Source: Dehalococcoidia bacterium (GTDB taxonomy: Bacteria; Chloroflexota; Dehalococcoidia; Bin125). Taken from it: 64,000 nt of DNA. This document shows positions 11,336-20,189 of this stretch, one piece after another. The notes beneath the pieces were generated by a model. The model ran no database searches and was not told the origin of the DNA. It saw only the letters and a program-made list of their open reading frames with translations. Position 1 is the first letter of the stretch; every line of letters starts with the position of its first letter. The stretch lies in the NCBI GenBank assembly GCA_963555985.3, contig OY820591.1, positions 1,760,001-1,824,000 on the forward strand, given 5' to 3'. The position numbers and the translations under genes are program-made.

Positions 11336-12798
11336 GCGCGCTGCTCGCTTTCCCCGCCGGCACAGGACTGCGAGCGCAGGTTGGCGACCAAGGAGCGAAA
11401 GCGATCGCCTCTCGCGGCAAAGTTCGGGTATTGGTCGAATGAGGTACCCGCGGGCGACATCAGCACTGCGTCGCCCGGTTGCGCGCGCTCTGTCGCGAGC
11501 GCCAGAGCTTGATCGAGCGACTCGACGACCGCATCGGGAGCGAGGCCGCGCTCTGTGAGCCAAGCGCCCCAGACCGGCGCCGCTTCACCGAAGATCACGG
11601 TTGCGCGAACGCGGCGGCGGAGTTCATTCACCAGCGGATCGAGCGGGAGGTGCTTGTCGCGACCGCCGAGGAGCAGGACGATCGGTCCTGGGATCGCGCA
11701 CAGGCCGGCGAGCGTGCGCTCCGGCGTGGTGGCGATTGAGTCGTTGATGTAGCGCACATCATTGATCACCGCGACTTGTTCCAGCCGGTGAGGGACGCCC
11801 CTGAACGACCGCAGGGTCTCCGCGACAGCTTCGACCGGGGCGAGTTCAGCAGTGATCGCGATCGCCGCGAGCGCGTTGCGCAGATTGTGTTCGCCGGGGA
11901 TCAGGAGCTCGCTCGCTGCGAGCATGGTTATGTCGCGTCCGTCGCAGCGGAGGTAGAGGCTTGCGCCGTCGCTCCAGGCGAATGTGGTCTCGGAGCCGCC
12001 GTACTGCGCCGGCGGCTCGCCAATGCCGAAGCGGGCGATCCGCGCCGGCGTACAGACAGCCGCCGCAAGCGGTTCGTCGAACGGCAGGACGGCGTGGTCG
12101 TCTGCGGTCTGATAGGCGAAGATGCGTCGCTTGAGATGCTGATACTGCTCCCAGCTGAACTGGTCGAGGTGGTTGGGCGTGACATTGAGCAGCGCCGCGA
12201 TCTGGGGACTGTGCGTGAGTCGGAGCAGCTGCGTATGGCTGATCTCCGCAGTCACGATCGTCTCAGGTCCGAGCCGGGGGAGTTGTTCCAACAGACCTTG
12301 CCCGATGTTCCCGCCGGCGACCGAGGGCAGGCCGGCGTGTTGCAGGATCCGATGTACAAGTGTGGTCGTCGTGGTCTTGCCGGCGCTGCCGGTGATCCCA
12401 ATCAGCGGGGCCTGGCGGCGCGTCTCCCAGCGCGCCAGGGCGAGTTGCATCGGTCCGTAGACAGGAATGCCCCGTTCGGCGGCGGCGCGGAGTAGGGGGT
12501 GATAGTGGGGTACGCCCTGGCTGGCGATCAGGCAGTCGAGACGATTAAGCACACCCAGATCGCCGGTCGAGCTGAGTGGCGCTTCGGGCAATTCGTGTCC
12601 ATGCTCGGCCAGGCTTGAGCGAAGCTCGGATTCGGGCTTGTCGTCGACCAGGGTGATCTGCGCACCCTCGCGTCGGAGCAGGTGCAGCGCATCACGGCCT
12701 TCAATGCCGAGGCCGACCACAGCAACGCGCTGTCCGGCAAAGGTCGCGGGCGCGACTTGCGGCTTGGGCAGCGCGGCAGGGATTTGTGTGCGCGTCAT
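11332..12798 (-). CDS. murD: UDP-N-acetylmuramoyl-L-alanine--D-glutamate ligase
   Basis: GITGSAGKTTTT, GGNIG, NDSIAT, GGRDK and SPAGTSFDQYPNFAARG. Confidence 0.96.
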   Translation of the reverse strand: MTRTQIPAALPKPQVAPATFAGQRVAVVGLGIEGRDALHLLRREGAQITLVDDKPESELRSSLAEHGHELPEAPLSSTGDLGVLNRLDCLIASQGVPHYHPLLRAAAERGIPVYGPMQLALARWETRRQAPLIGITGSAGKTTTTTLVHRILQHAGLPSVAGGNIGQGLLEQLPRLGPETIVTAEISHTQLLRLTHSPQIAALLNVTPNHLDQFSWEQYQHLKRRIFAYQTADDHAVLPFDEPLAAAVCTPARIARFGIGEPPAQYGGSETTFAWSDGASLYLRCDGRDITMLAASELLIPGEHNLRNALAAIAITAELAPVEAVAETLRSFRGVPHRLEQVAVINDVRYINDSIATTPERTLAGLCAIPGPIVLLLGGRDKHLPLDPLVNELRRRVRATVIFGEAAPVWGAWLTERGLAPDAVVESLDQALALATERAQPGDAVLMSPAGTSFDQYPNFAARGDRFRSLVANLRSQSCAGGESEQRA

Positions 12799-13781
12799 GG
12801 TGTTTGCAATGCCAGAGCTACGCCGAGGATCGCGCCGGCGATTCCGATGAGCCAGAAGCGAGTGACGATCTGCGGCTCCGACCAGCCTCCGAGCTCGAAG
12901 TGGTTGTGGAGCGGAGCCATACGGAAGACGCGGCGGCCTTCACCCGCCCTCCTCCGAGTCCACTTGAACCAGCCGACCTGGATCACGTCGGAGGCGCCTT
13001 CAAGCACGAAGACAATCCCGATTACGGGCAGCAGCAGCCAATGACCGGTCATCAGCGCGAGGATCGCCAGCGTTCCTCCCAGCGCCATCGCGCCGGTATC
13101 GCCCATGAAGACCTGCGCCGGGTGAGCGTTGAACCAGAGGAAGCCAAGCAACGCGCCCACGGTCGTGAAGGCAAAGCGGACGATGAAATCCTGCTCCTGT
13201 CCGATCGCGATCACGCCGAAGGCGGCGATCGCGATCGCGCCCGTCCCTCCCGTGAGGGTGTCGAGTCCGTCCGAGACGCCGACCGAGATGATCGTGGCGA
13301 AGACGGTGAGCGCGGCGATCACGATGTAAGCGGGGCCAAGCTCGAACTTGCCCGCCCAGGGCAGATTGAGCGACTGCACATCAAGCGCGAAGTAGAGCAC
13401 GACTCCTACTGCGACCGAGAACGCCAGCAGCAAGGCGAACTTGACCCGCCAGGACAGGCCCTTCTGGACTCGACCGATCAGCGTGCCCATGTCATCGATG
13501 TAGCCGAGCGCGCCGAGCGCGACCGCTCCGATCAGCGGCAGCAGGATGGACCAACGGTCTCCGCCGGCCAGATTGGTGATAATCGTGAGCAGCGCGATCG
13601 GGACGAGAAAGATGATCCCGCCCATGGTCGGCGTTCCCGCTTTGACCAGGTGAGTTTGAGGGCCCTCGTCGGAGATGGACTTTCCGCTGGCGCGAGAGCG
13701 CAACCAGCGCAAGATGAACGGGCCAATGGCCAACGCGACTACAAACGCGATCCCTGCTGTGGCAAGTGAGAAGGTGGTCAT
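12795..13781 (-). CDS. mraY: phospho-N-acetylmuramoyl-pentapeptide transferase
   Basis: KAGTPTMGG, DD pair, DGLD, FMGDTG and MAPLHNHFE; start overlaps the murF stop. Confidence 0.96.
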   Translation of the reverse strand: MTTFSLATAGIAFVVALAIGPFILRWLRSRASGKSISDEGPQTHLVKAGTPTMGGIIFLVPIALLTIITNLAGGDRWSILLPLIGAVALGALGYIDDMGTLIGRVQKGLSWRVKFALLLAFSVAVGVVLYFALDVQSLNLPWAGKFELGPAYIVIAALTVFATIISVGVSDGLDTLTGGTGAIAIAAFGVIAIGQEQDFIVRFAFTTVGALLGFLWFNAHPAQVFMGDTGAMALGGTLAILALMTGHWLLLPVIGIVFVLEGASDVIQVGWFKWTRRRAGEGRRVFRMAPLHNHFELGGWSEPQIVTRFWLIGIAGAILGVALALQTP

Positions 13782-15175
13782 GCCGGATCGCCGCCGCCGT
13801 CTGCACTGTAACCGGTTAAGTAACTGACCACAGCTTCGAGATGGATGCCGTGGGAGGCTTTGACCAGCACCGTGTCGCTCGGACGCAGCACATGCTGCGC
13901 CAGTTCCGCCGCCTGATCGGGCGTGCGCCGCCATTCGACTTGAGCGAGTCCTGCCTCCCGCGCCGCTTTCGCAAGTTCGCGCGAGCGTTCGCCCACAGCG
14001 ATCAACAAATCGCAACGAGACGCGGCATACTCACCGATCTCGCGGTGCGATGCTCGTTCCTCCGGGCCAAGTTCGAGCATGTCGCCGAGCACCGCGATTC
14101 GGCGCAGCGGCTCGGATGCGAGCAGATCCAGCGCGGCGCGCATTGAGAGCGGCGCAGCGTTGTAGGCGTCGTCGATGATCGTCGCGCCGTTGCCTGCCGC
14201 CCTCTTCCGCAGGCGTGAGCCCGGCTGAAGCCGGCGCAGCGAATTCGCGATCCGGGGCAGGCTCAGACCGGCTCGTAGGCCGACCGCAGCGGCGGCAAGC
14301 GCCGTCCCGGCTTGGTGCGAGCCGATCAACGGCGTCTCGACTTGGACTCGCTCGCCGCTTCGATTGTCCTGAAGCTGGAAGCTGATGCCGTCAAAGCCGC
14401 GAGTCTCAACTTGGATCGCTTGCAGATCCGCATCATCGCCTAGCCCGATCTTGATCACTTCGGCGACAGTGCGATCGCGCATTCGTCGCGTAACGGGATC
14501 GTCCGCGTTGAGGATTGCGAGCCCGCCGGCGGGTAGAGACTCCGGCAACAAACCCTTGATCCGTTCCGTGTCAGCGAGGGTGCCGAAGCGTTCGAGGTGA
14601 GTTGGACCGACATTGGTAACGATGCCAATGTCGGCCGCGGCGGCCGAAACCAGGAATTCCATCTCCGCTTGCGAGTAGGGGCCGATTTCGATCACTGCCC
14701 ACTCGTGCTGGGGACCAATCCCCATCAACGCAATCGGCAGGCCGATATCGCCGTTGTAGTTGCGCGGAGATTGGTGCGTGGGCACGTGCTGCGAAAGTAG
14801 TTGCGCCGTCGCCTCGCGGACAGTGGTCTTGCCCACGCTGCCGGTGATGCCGACGATCCGGGCGCGTTGCTCACGCCGCCAGCGGATCGCCGCATCTTGC
14901 ATTGCCGTGAGCGTGTCGGCAACGACGAAGTTCGTAACGCCCTGGACGGCGGCGTCCGGATCTGAAATCAGCAGATTCGCCGCGCCGCGACGAACGGCGT
15001 CGGCGGTGAACCGGTGGCCGTCATGAGTCTCGCCCGGCAAAGCGACGAAGAGCGCGCCGGGCTTGGCCTCGCGCGAGTCAATCACGATTTCGCTGAGGGG
15101 CGAAGCGGAGGGCGTCTCCGGCTCGCAAGCAAGATGCGGTTGAAGCAGACGCGCGAGGTCTTGCGGGGAGATCAT
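13778..15175 (-). CDS. murF: UDP-N-acetylmuramoyl-tripeptide--D-alanyl-D-alanine ligase
   Basis: DSR, GITGSVGKTT, IDDAYNA, LGDMLELG and VKAS. Confidence 0.95.
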   Translation of the reverse strand: MISPQDLARLLQPHLACEPETPSASPLSEIVIDSREAKPGALFVALPGETHDGHRFTADAVRRGAANLLISDPDAAVQGVTNFVVADTLTAMQDAAIRWRREQRARIVGITGSVGKTTVREATAQLLSQHVPTHQSPRNYNGDIGLPIALMGIGPQHEWAVIEIGPYSQAEMEFLVSAAAADIGIVTNVGPTHLERFGTLADTERIKGLLPESLPAGGLAILNADDPVTRRMRDRTVAEVIKIGLGDDADLQAIQVETRGFDGISFQLQDNRSGERVQVETPLIGSHQAGTALAAAAVGLRAGLSLPRIANSLRRLQPGSRLRKRAAGNGATIIDDAYNAAPLSMRAALDLLASEPLRRIAVLGDMLELGPEERASHREIGEYAASRCDLLIAVGERSRELAKAAREAGLAQVEWRRTPDQAAELAQHVLRPSDTVLVKASHGIHLEAVVSYLTGYSADGGGDPA

Positions 15176-17136
15176 TCGCTCACCTGCGCAGCGCTCGGAT
15201 CGGACTCCGGAGCGTCGTCGCCGGCGGCTTCCGCTCGCTCAGCATCCTCTTCGTCGTTGCTGAGTGTGGGAGCGGCGTCACTCTCACCGGCGGCATCGTC
15301 CGGCTCCGCCTGCGGCCTGGCTTCGGAATCCTCGCTCGCAACTTGATCGCCGTCCGGCTCGTAGCGATCGTCGGGGATGGCTGCATGGTCAGCGCCGGTG
15401 TGCCAATCTTGCGGGCGCGCAATGTATGAGGTTGGGGGCACGCCGAGATACGGCATCGCCGCCTTCACGACCTCGCTGAATACCGGGGCGGCCACGATTC
15501 CGCCGTACAGCTCCCCCTGGGGCCGGTCGATCCGAACCATCACCACCAGCCGCGGGTGTTCGATCGGCGTAAAGCCAACGAAGCTGGCCAGCGATTCGCC
15601 TTCCAGATAGACGCCGGCCTCGGCAACATCGGAAGTCCCCGATTTGCCCGCCACCGTCCAACCGGGCGCTTGCGCCGGATGGCCCAGCACCCCATCCACT
15701 ACCGCCTGCATCATCATCTTCAGCGCATCAGCCGTCTCCTCCGAAATCACACGCTCGCCCACCACCGGCTCAAAGGTCTCCACTCCGTCCTCGGTGATCA
15801 GCGCCCGAACGAGACGCGGACGAATCATCTCTCCGCCCCGTGCGATCGTCGCATACGCCTGCATGATCTGGAACGGAGTGACGCCGATCCCCTGCCCAAA
15901 GGAGTTGGTCGCCATTTGCACCGGACTCCAATGAATGTGGTCCGGAGCAATCATCAGGCCCTCAGTTTCACCCGGCAGTCCCGAATGCGTTTCCGAACCG
16001 AAGCCGAAACGCGCCAGATATTCATAAAAGCGATCCGCGCCCATCAATTGGGTCAACCAGACCGTGCCCGTGTTCAAAGAGCGTTGCAGCAGCTGGATCA
16101 TGGTCTGCTCACCGTGGTAACCGAGGTCGAAATTGCGAATCGTCTGCTCCCCAATCACCACTGCGCCCGTATCGACAAAGGTCGTCCACGGAGTGACCAG
16201 TCCGGTATCGAGCGCCGCCGCCATCGTGACCACCTTGAACACAGAGCCCGGCTCATAGACGTCCGAGGCGGCCGTGCTGCGGAGCAAGCCAAGGTCGATC
16301 TCGGGATCGGAAAGGTCGAATTCGGCTGGGTTATAGGAGGGCAGGGTGGCCACCGCCAGGATGTCGCCGTTGCTCGGATCCATCATGATGATCACGCCGC
16401 CTTGCGCCTGCCGTTCGGCTACCGCCTCGGCGAGGATGTCCTCCGCGATCCGCTGCAAATTGCGATCGATCGTGAGCACCACATCCGCGCCGCGGCGGTA
16501 GGGCAGCTCTTCCCGGTTGCCGAATGGAATCGGCTGACCGAGCCCGTCCCGCTCGTAGACCAGCACCCCCGCTTCACCCGCAAGCGTGCCCTCCAGCGCC
16601 CATTCCAACCCCGCCAGACCTTGCTCATCCCGGCCCACAATGCCAATCACCTGGGCCGCCATCGCTCCTTCCGGGTAGCGCCGCGAACTGGACTTGGTCA
16701 CGTACACGCCGTGCAGCGACTCTGCGTGAATCTGCGCGCCCAGGTCGTTGGATACATAGGCGATCAGGGCGTCTCTCCCACCGCCCTGCGACGCCTGCAC
16801 AGCCAAGCTCAGCACCGTCTCCTCAGGCGCCCGCAGCAGCTCCGCCAAGCGCCTCGAAGCGTCGGTCGATTGGAACTGCGATCGCGACCAGAGCCAAGTA
16901 TCGACATGCACTTCCCACCCGTCCACGGAAGTCACGAGCGGAAATCCGTTGCGATCCAGAATCGCCCCGCGCGGACTTTTGGTCTCGATCATCCAGGTGC
17001 GGTTGGCGAACTCGTCGTGCTGCTCATGCTGCACGACCTGGATTTGGATCAGACGAGCGACGACCACCACGGCAAGCGCGGCGAACACGATGATCACGAG
17101 CCGCATTCGCCAGCCGCTGACCCGCTCGAAGTCCAT
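15172..17136 (-). CDS. ftsI: class B penicillin-binding protein (FtsI/PBP3)
   Basis: N-terminal TM, RGAILDRNG, SxxK (GSVFK), SLN and KSG motifs; acidic low-complexity tail. Start is 17136 (ATG) or 17145 (GTG). Confidence 0.93.
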   Translation of the reverse strand: MDFERVSGWRMRLVIIVFAALAVVVVARLIQIQVVQHEQHDEFANRTWMIETKSPRGAILDRNGFPLVTSVDGWEVHVDTWLWSRSQFQSTDASRRLAELLRAPEETVLSLAVQASQGGGRDALIAYVSNDLGAQIHAESLHGVYVTKSSSRRYPEGAMAAQVIGIVGRDEQGLAGLEWALEGTLAGEAGVLVYERDGLGQPIPFGNREELPYRRGADVVLTIDRNLQRIAEDILAEAVAERQAQGGVIIMMDPSNGDILAVATLPSYNPAEFDLSDPEIDLGLLRSTAASDVYEPGSVFKVVTMAAALDTGLVTPWTTFVDTGAVVIGEQTIRNFDLGYHGEQTMIQLLQRSLNTGTVWLTQLMGADRFYEYLARFGFGSETHSGLPGETEGLMIAPDHIHWSPVQMATNSFGQGIGVTPFQIMQAYATIARGGEMIRPRLVRALITEDGVETFEPVVGERVISEETADALKMMMQAVVDGVLGHPAQAPGWTVAGKSGTSDVAEAGVYLEGESLASFVGFTPIEHPRLVVMVRIDRPQGELYGGIVAAPVFSEVVKAAMPYLGVPPTSYIARPQDWHTGADHAAIPDDRYEPDGDQVASEDSEARPQAEPDDAAGESDAAPTLSNDEEDAERAEAAGDDAPESDPSAAQVSE

Positions 17137-17194
17137 CCGCGTCACTCCGTCGTACTGCGTGCTTGTGCGCCAACGCTCCCGGCCGACTCGCGGC

Positions 17195-17701
17195 CTAATC
17201 GAAAATCAAGAGCCCAAGCAGCGCCGACCAGCCGGAAGATTCCGACTGCGGCGCGCGAATGACGGGCTCGTGGTGCGGGAGGAAGCGCGACGGCATGACC
17301 CGCGCCGGCGCGGGATGATCGACGGTGACGATCACGGTCGGATCGGCGCGAACCATATTGAGCCGCGCCTGAGCCTCCTCCGCCACCCGCGTGAGCGAAC
17401 CGAGCTTGCCGACGTGGGTGGCGAGGCTGCGGACTTCCGACTTGAGCCGCTCGCGCTCGGCCTCCAGAGCCAGCAGTTCCGCACCGCTCTCGGCGACGTT
17501 GGAACTTTGGATCACGGGCAAAACCGCCGCGATACAGAGACCGAAGATGGCGATCCAGCCCCAGGCGGGCATCCGTCCGGTGTATCGCGGTCGCGCAGGC
17601 AGGCTGGGTTTCGGCAGATGCGCCCCGACATCAAAGGCCGGGCTCACGCCGCGCGGCAGACCTGGGCTGCGCTGCACGGTCAGACTGCTTCCGATGAGCA
17701 T
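17195..17701 (-). CDS. FtsL-like septum formation protein (TM + coiled coil)
   Basis: One TM helix followed by a leucine-zipper-like coil (LLALEAERERLKSEVRSL...ARLNM) at the canonical ftsL position between rsmH and ftsI; start uncertain. Confidence 0.7.
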   Translation of the reverse strand: MLIGSSLTVQRSPGLPRGVSPAFDVGAHLPKPSLPARPRYTGRMPAWGWIAIFGLCIAAVLPVIQSSNVAESGAELLALEAERERLKSEVRSLATHVGKLGSLTRVAEEAQARLNMVRADPTVIVTVDHPAPARVMPSRFLPHHEPVIRAPQSESSGWSALLGLLIFD

Positions 17702-17812
17702 CGAAGCGGCGCCGCGAGCAGCATGCGCTCGGAGATTCTCCGGATCACGCATCGCCAGCGCAAGAAGGTCGTAGAGTAGAGATGACGCGCAGAGGGGCCG
17801 GGACGCAGAGTC

Positions 17813-17985
17813 GTTCGCAGGCCGTTGAGCAGTTCGCGCGTGCAGACAAGGGGATATGGCCCGCGAACATCCCAGCCTAGGGCCAGGCGTGATCGCAGTC
17901 CGAGGTGGTGGCGGCGGGGCTTCTCCTTAACTTCAGTGGTTTGCAGGGGATCCCCTGCGCGCGAACTGCTCAACGGCCTGTGAAC
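17813..17985. repeat. 173-bp element bounded by 28-bp inverted repeats (MITE-like or structured RNA)
   Basis: 17813-17840 GTTCGCAGGCCGTTGAGCAGTTCGCGCG pairs with 17958-17985 with one mismatch; internal hairpin GCAGGGG-AT-CCCCTGC. Confidence 0.75.
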
Positions 17986-18068
17986 ATCTTTCAACCGGCG
18001 GCCGCGGCCGGCTCGGTGCCCCGGATGGGCGCATCGCTGGGTGGACTGGGCGGCGAAGCAAGGCATGA

Positions 18069-18998
18069 TCAGATCGCCTCCGCCGCCCGCAACCGCGCGC
18101 TGCGCGCGCGCGGATTACGACTGACTTCATCGCTGTGCGGACGCAGTACGCGCCGCGTCAGCACGTGGTACTCGGGGCTGGGCGCGCTGGCCCGCGATTG
18201 CAGGAAGCGCTTCACCAGACGGTCTTCGAGCGAGTGGAACGCGATCACGACCAGACGCCCGCCTCGGCGCAGAATCGAGCGGCTTTGCGCCAGGAAGTCG
18301 TCAAGCCGCTCCAGTTCGCGGTTGACCCCCAGCCGCAGCGCCTGAAACACCCGCGTCGCCGGATGAATTCGCGCACCCGGACGCCGCCCAATCGCAGCGA
18401 CAACCGCCTCCGCGAGTTCGGTCGTCGTGCGAAGCGGGCGACGCTCCACGAGCACACGCGCGATCCGGCGCGAACGGCGTTCTTCGCCGTACTGGTAGAT
18501 CAGGTCGGCGAGCTCATCCTCAGACCAGCCATTGACGATTTCCCCGGCGGTCAGTGCTTCGCCGGAACGACTGTGATCGGGACCGAAACGCATATCGAGC
18601 GGGCCTTCGCGTTGGAATGTGAATCCTCGCTCAGGACGATCGAGTTGCAGCGACGAGAGCCCGAGGTCGCAGAGAATCCCGTCCAGAGGAACGAAACCGT
18701 CTGACCGAGCGGTCTGCGGAGCCTGATCGAGCCAGGCTTGACGCAGCGCCGTGCGCCCGGCGAACGGTGCGAGTCGCTTAGCCGCGATTTCGAGCGCGGC
18801 GGGGTCGGCGTCGGTCCCGAGCAGATGGCCATCGGACGCGGAGGCGCTCAGGATCGCGGCGGCGTGCCCGCCCAATCCCACGGTCGCATCCAGGTAACGT
18901 CCGCCTGGGCGAACATCAAGCATCGCCAGAGCTTCGGTCAGCATCACCGGCTCGTGAGTCGGCTCGCTTGGGTCAGTGTGGTCGTGGAGACGAGTCAT
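18069..18998 (-). CDS. rsmH: 16S rRNA (cytosine1402-N4)-methyltransferase
   Basis: HEPVM, DATVGLGGH, DLGLSSLQLD, GPLDMR, HPATRVFQALR, FHSLED and NPRARSA. Confidence 0.97.
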   Translation of the reverse strand: MTRLHDHTDPSEPTHEPVMLTEALAMLDVRPGGRYLDATVGLGGHAAAILSASASDGHLLGTDADPAALEIAAKRLAPFAGRTALRQAWLDQAPQTARSDGFVPLDGILCDLGLSSLQLDRPERGFTFQREGPLDMRFGPDHSRSGEALTAGEIVNGWSEDELADLIYQYGEERRSRRIARVLVERRPLRTTTELAEAVVAAIGRRPGARIHPATRVFQALRLGVNRELERLDDFLAQSRSILRRGGRLVVIAFHSLEDRLVKRFLQSRASAPSPEYHVLTRRVLRPHSDEVSRNPRARSARLRAAEAI

Positions 18999-19435
18999 GA
19001 TCCGCCTCCCTGCGCCGGCTCGAGCAGGTCGGCGTAGTCGCCGATCTGCTGCTGCTCTGCTTGCCAGCGCTCAGCGCTCCAGATTTCGAGACACTCGCCG
19101 TTGCCCGCGATCACGGTCGCGCCGCCGAGTTGGTGAGACTCCCGGAATGGCAACGGAAGCACGATCCGGCCCTGTCGGTCGATTGGGACCTCGAAAGCGT
19201 TCGCGTAGAGCGCGCGGCGCAGCTGTCGGGCGGCGCGACCGCGCGGCGCCGCGGCGATCAGCTCGGCGACCACGCGCTCGTGGTCATCGGGGGTGTACAG
19301 ATCGATCGAGCCGTCGGGTCCGGGCATCACGATGCCGACTTTCTCGAAGCGCGCCCGATAGCGCGCCGGGATCGCGAGGCGGCCACGATCGTCGAGCTGG
19401 TGCTCGAACAGTCCCCGGAAGCCGTTGCTCGCCAT
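18995..19435 (-). CDS. mraZ: division/cell wall cluster transcriptional regulator MraZ
   Basis: Two DxxGR repeats (DDRGRL, DRQGRI) and LEIW; first gene of the dcw cluster. Confidence 0.94.
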   Translation of the reverse strand: MASNGFRGLFEHQLDDRGRLAIPARYRARFEKVGIVMPGPDGSIDLYTPDDHERVVAELIAAAPRGRAARQLRRALYANAFEVPIDRQGRIVLPLPFRESHQLGGATVIAGNGECLEIWSAERWQAEQQQIGDYADLLEPAQGGGS

Positions 19436-19473
19436 TGGACGCCTCGCCCTATCTGGTCAGCTTGGGGTCGATT

Positions 19474-19492
19474 CCCCATTTCGATCCATTTC
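19474..19492 (-). promoter_or_regulatory. possible MraZ operator (CGAAATGG direct repeat, 10-bp period)
   Basis: CCATTTCG occurs twice with a 10-bp period just upstream of mraZ; known MraZ sites are 10-bp-spaced TGG-containing repeats. Confidence 0.3.
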
Positions 19493-19644
19493 GTGGGCAT
19501 GTCGGCACTGTATGCAGGAGACCGCGCGGCAAGCAAAGGTAAATTCGGTGAAGGGGCGAAAATCCGCTGTCTATCCCCGAATTGTCCACTACAAAACGTG
19601 GACTGGGGGAAAATCAGCGGCGTAAACCGAAAGACGGCCAAGTT

Positions 19645-20169
19645 ATGACACGAGACCAATCCGCTCGATTTACCGCTGGCGTGCTCACATTGTCCGACAA
19701 AGGCGCGCTCGGACAGCGCGAGGACACGTCCGGACCGCTCATCGTCCGGCGCTTAACGGAAATGGGTCTTGACGTACGCGAACGCGCCTTGATCCCCGAC
19801 GATCCTGCGGGAATCACTGGGCAACTGCGATTGTGGGTCGAAATGGGGCTTGCGCTCGTCGTGACCACCGGCGGCACCGGCTTCGGCCCGCGCGATCATG
19901 CGCCGGAGGCCACCCGCGCGGTGATCGAGCGGGAAGCGCCCGGCCTGGCCGAGCTGATGCGCGCCGAAGGTCTGCGCAAGACCCCGATGGCAGCGCTCAG
20001 CCGGGGCGTCTGCGGGATTGCGCAGCGCACCTTGATCGTCAATCTGCCCGGCTCGGAGAAAGCCGTGAGCGAGAACCTCGCTGCGCTCGCGCCCGTGCTG
20101 CCTCATGCCTTACAGCTGATCGGCGGCGACACCGAGCACAACCCCGTAGACAACCCCGCACAGCCATAA
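19645..20169 (+). CDS. molybdopterin adenylyltransferase (MogA/MoaB family)
   Basis: LTLSD, DTSGP, TTGGTGFGPRD, SRGVCG and NLPGS. Confidence 0.92.
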   Translation: MTRDQSARFTAGVLTLSDKGALGQREDTSGPLIVRRLTEMGLDVRERALIPDDPAGITGQLRLWVEMGLALVVTTGGTGFGPRDHAPEATRAVIEREAPGLAELMRAEGLRKTPMAALSRGVCGIAQRTLIVNLPGSEKAVSENLAALAPVLPHALQLIGGDTEHNPVDNPAQP

Positions 20170-20189
20170 GGCGTCTGTACACTCGCCTT

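Noticed and set aside
15556-17262. 568-aa plus-strand ORF and similar long antisense ORFs (1865-3295, 41259-43247) or alternate-frame ORFs (55104-57176)
   Set aside because: They overlap well-supported genes and carry no motifs.
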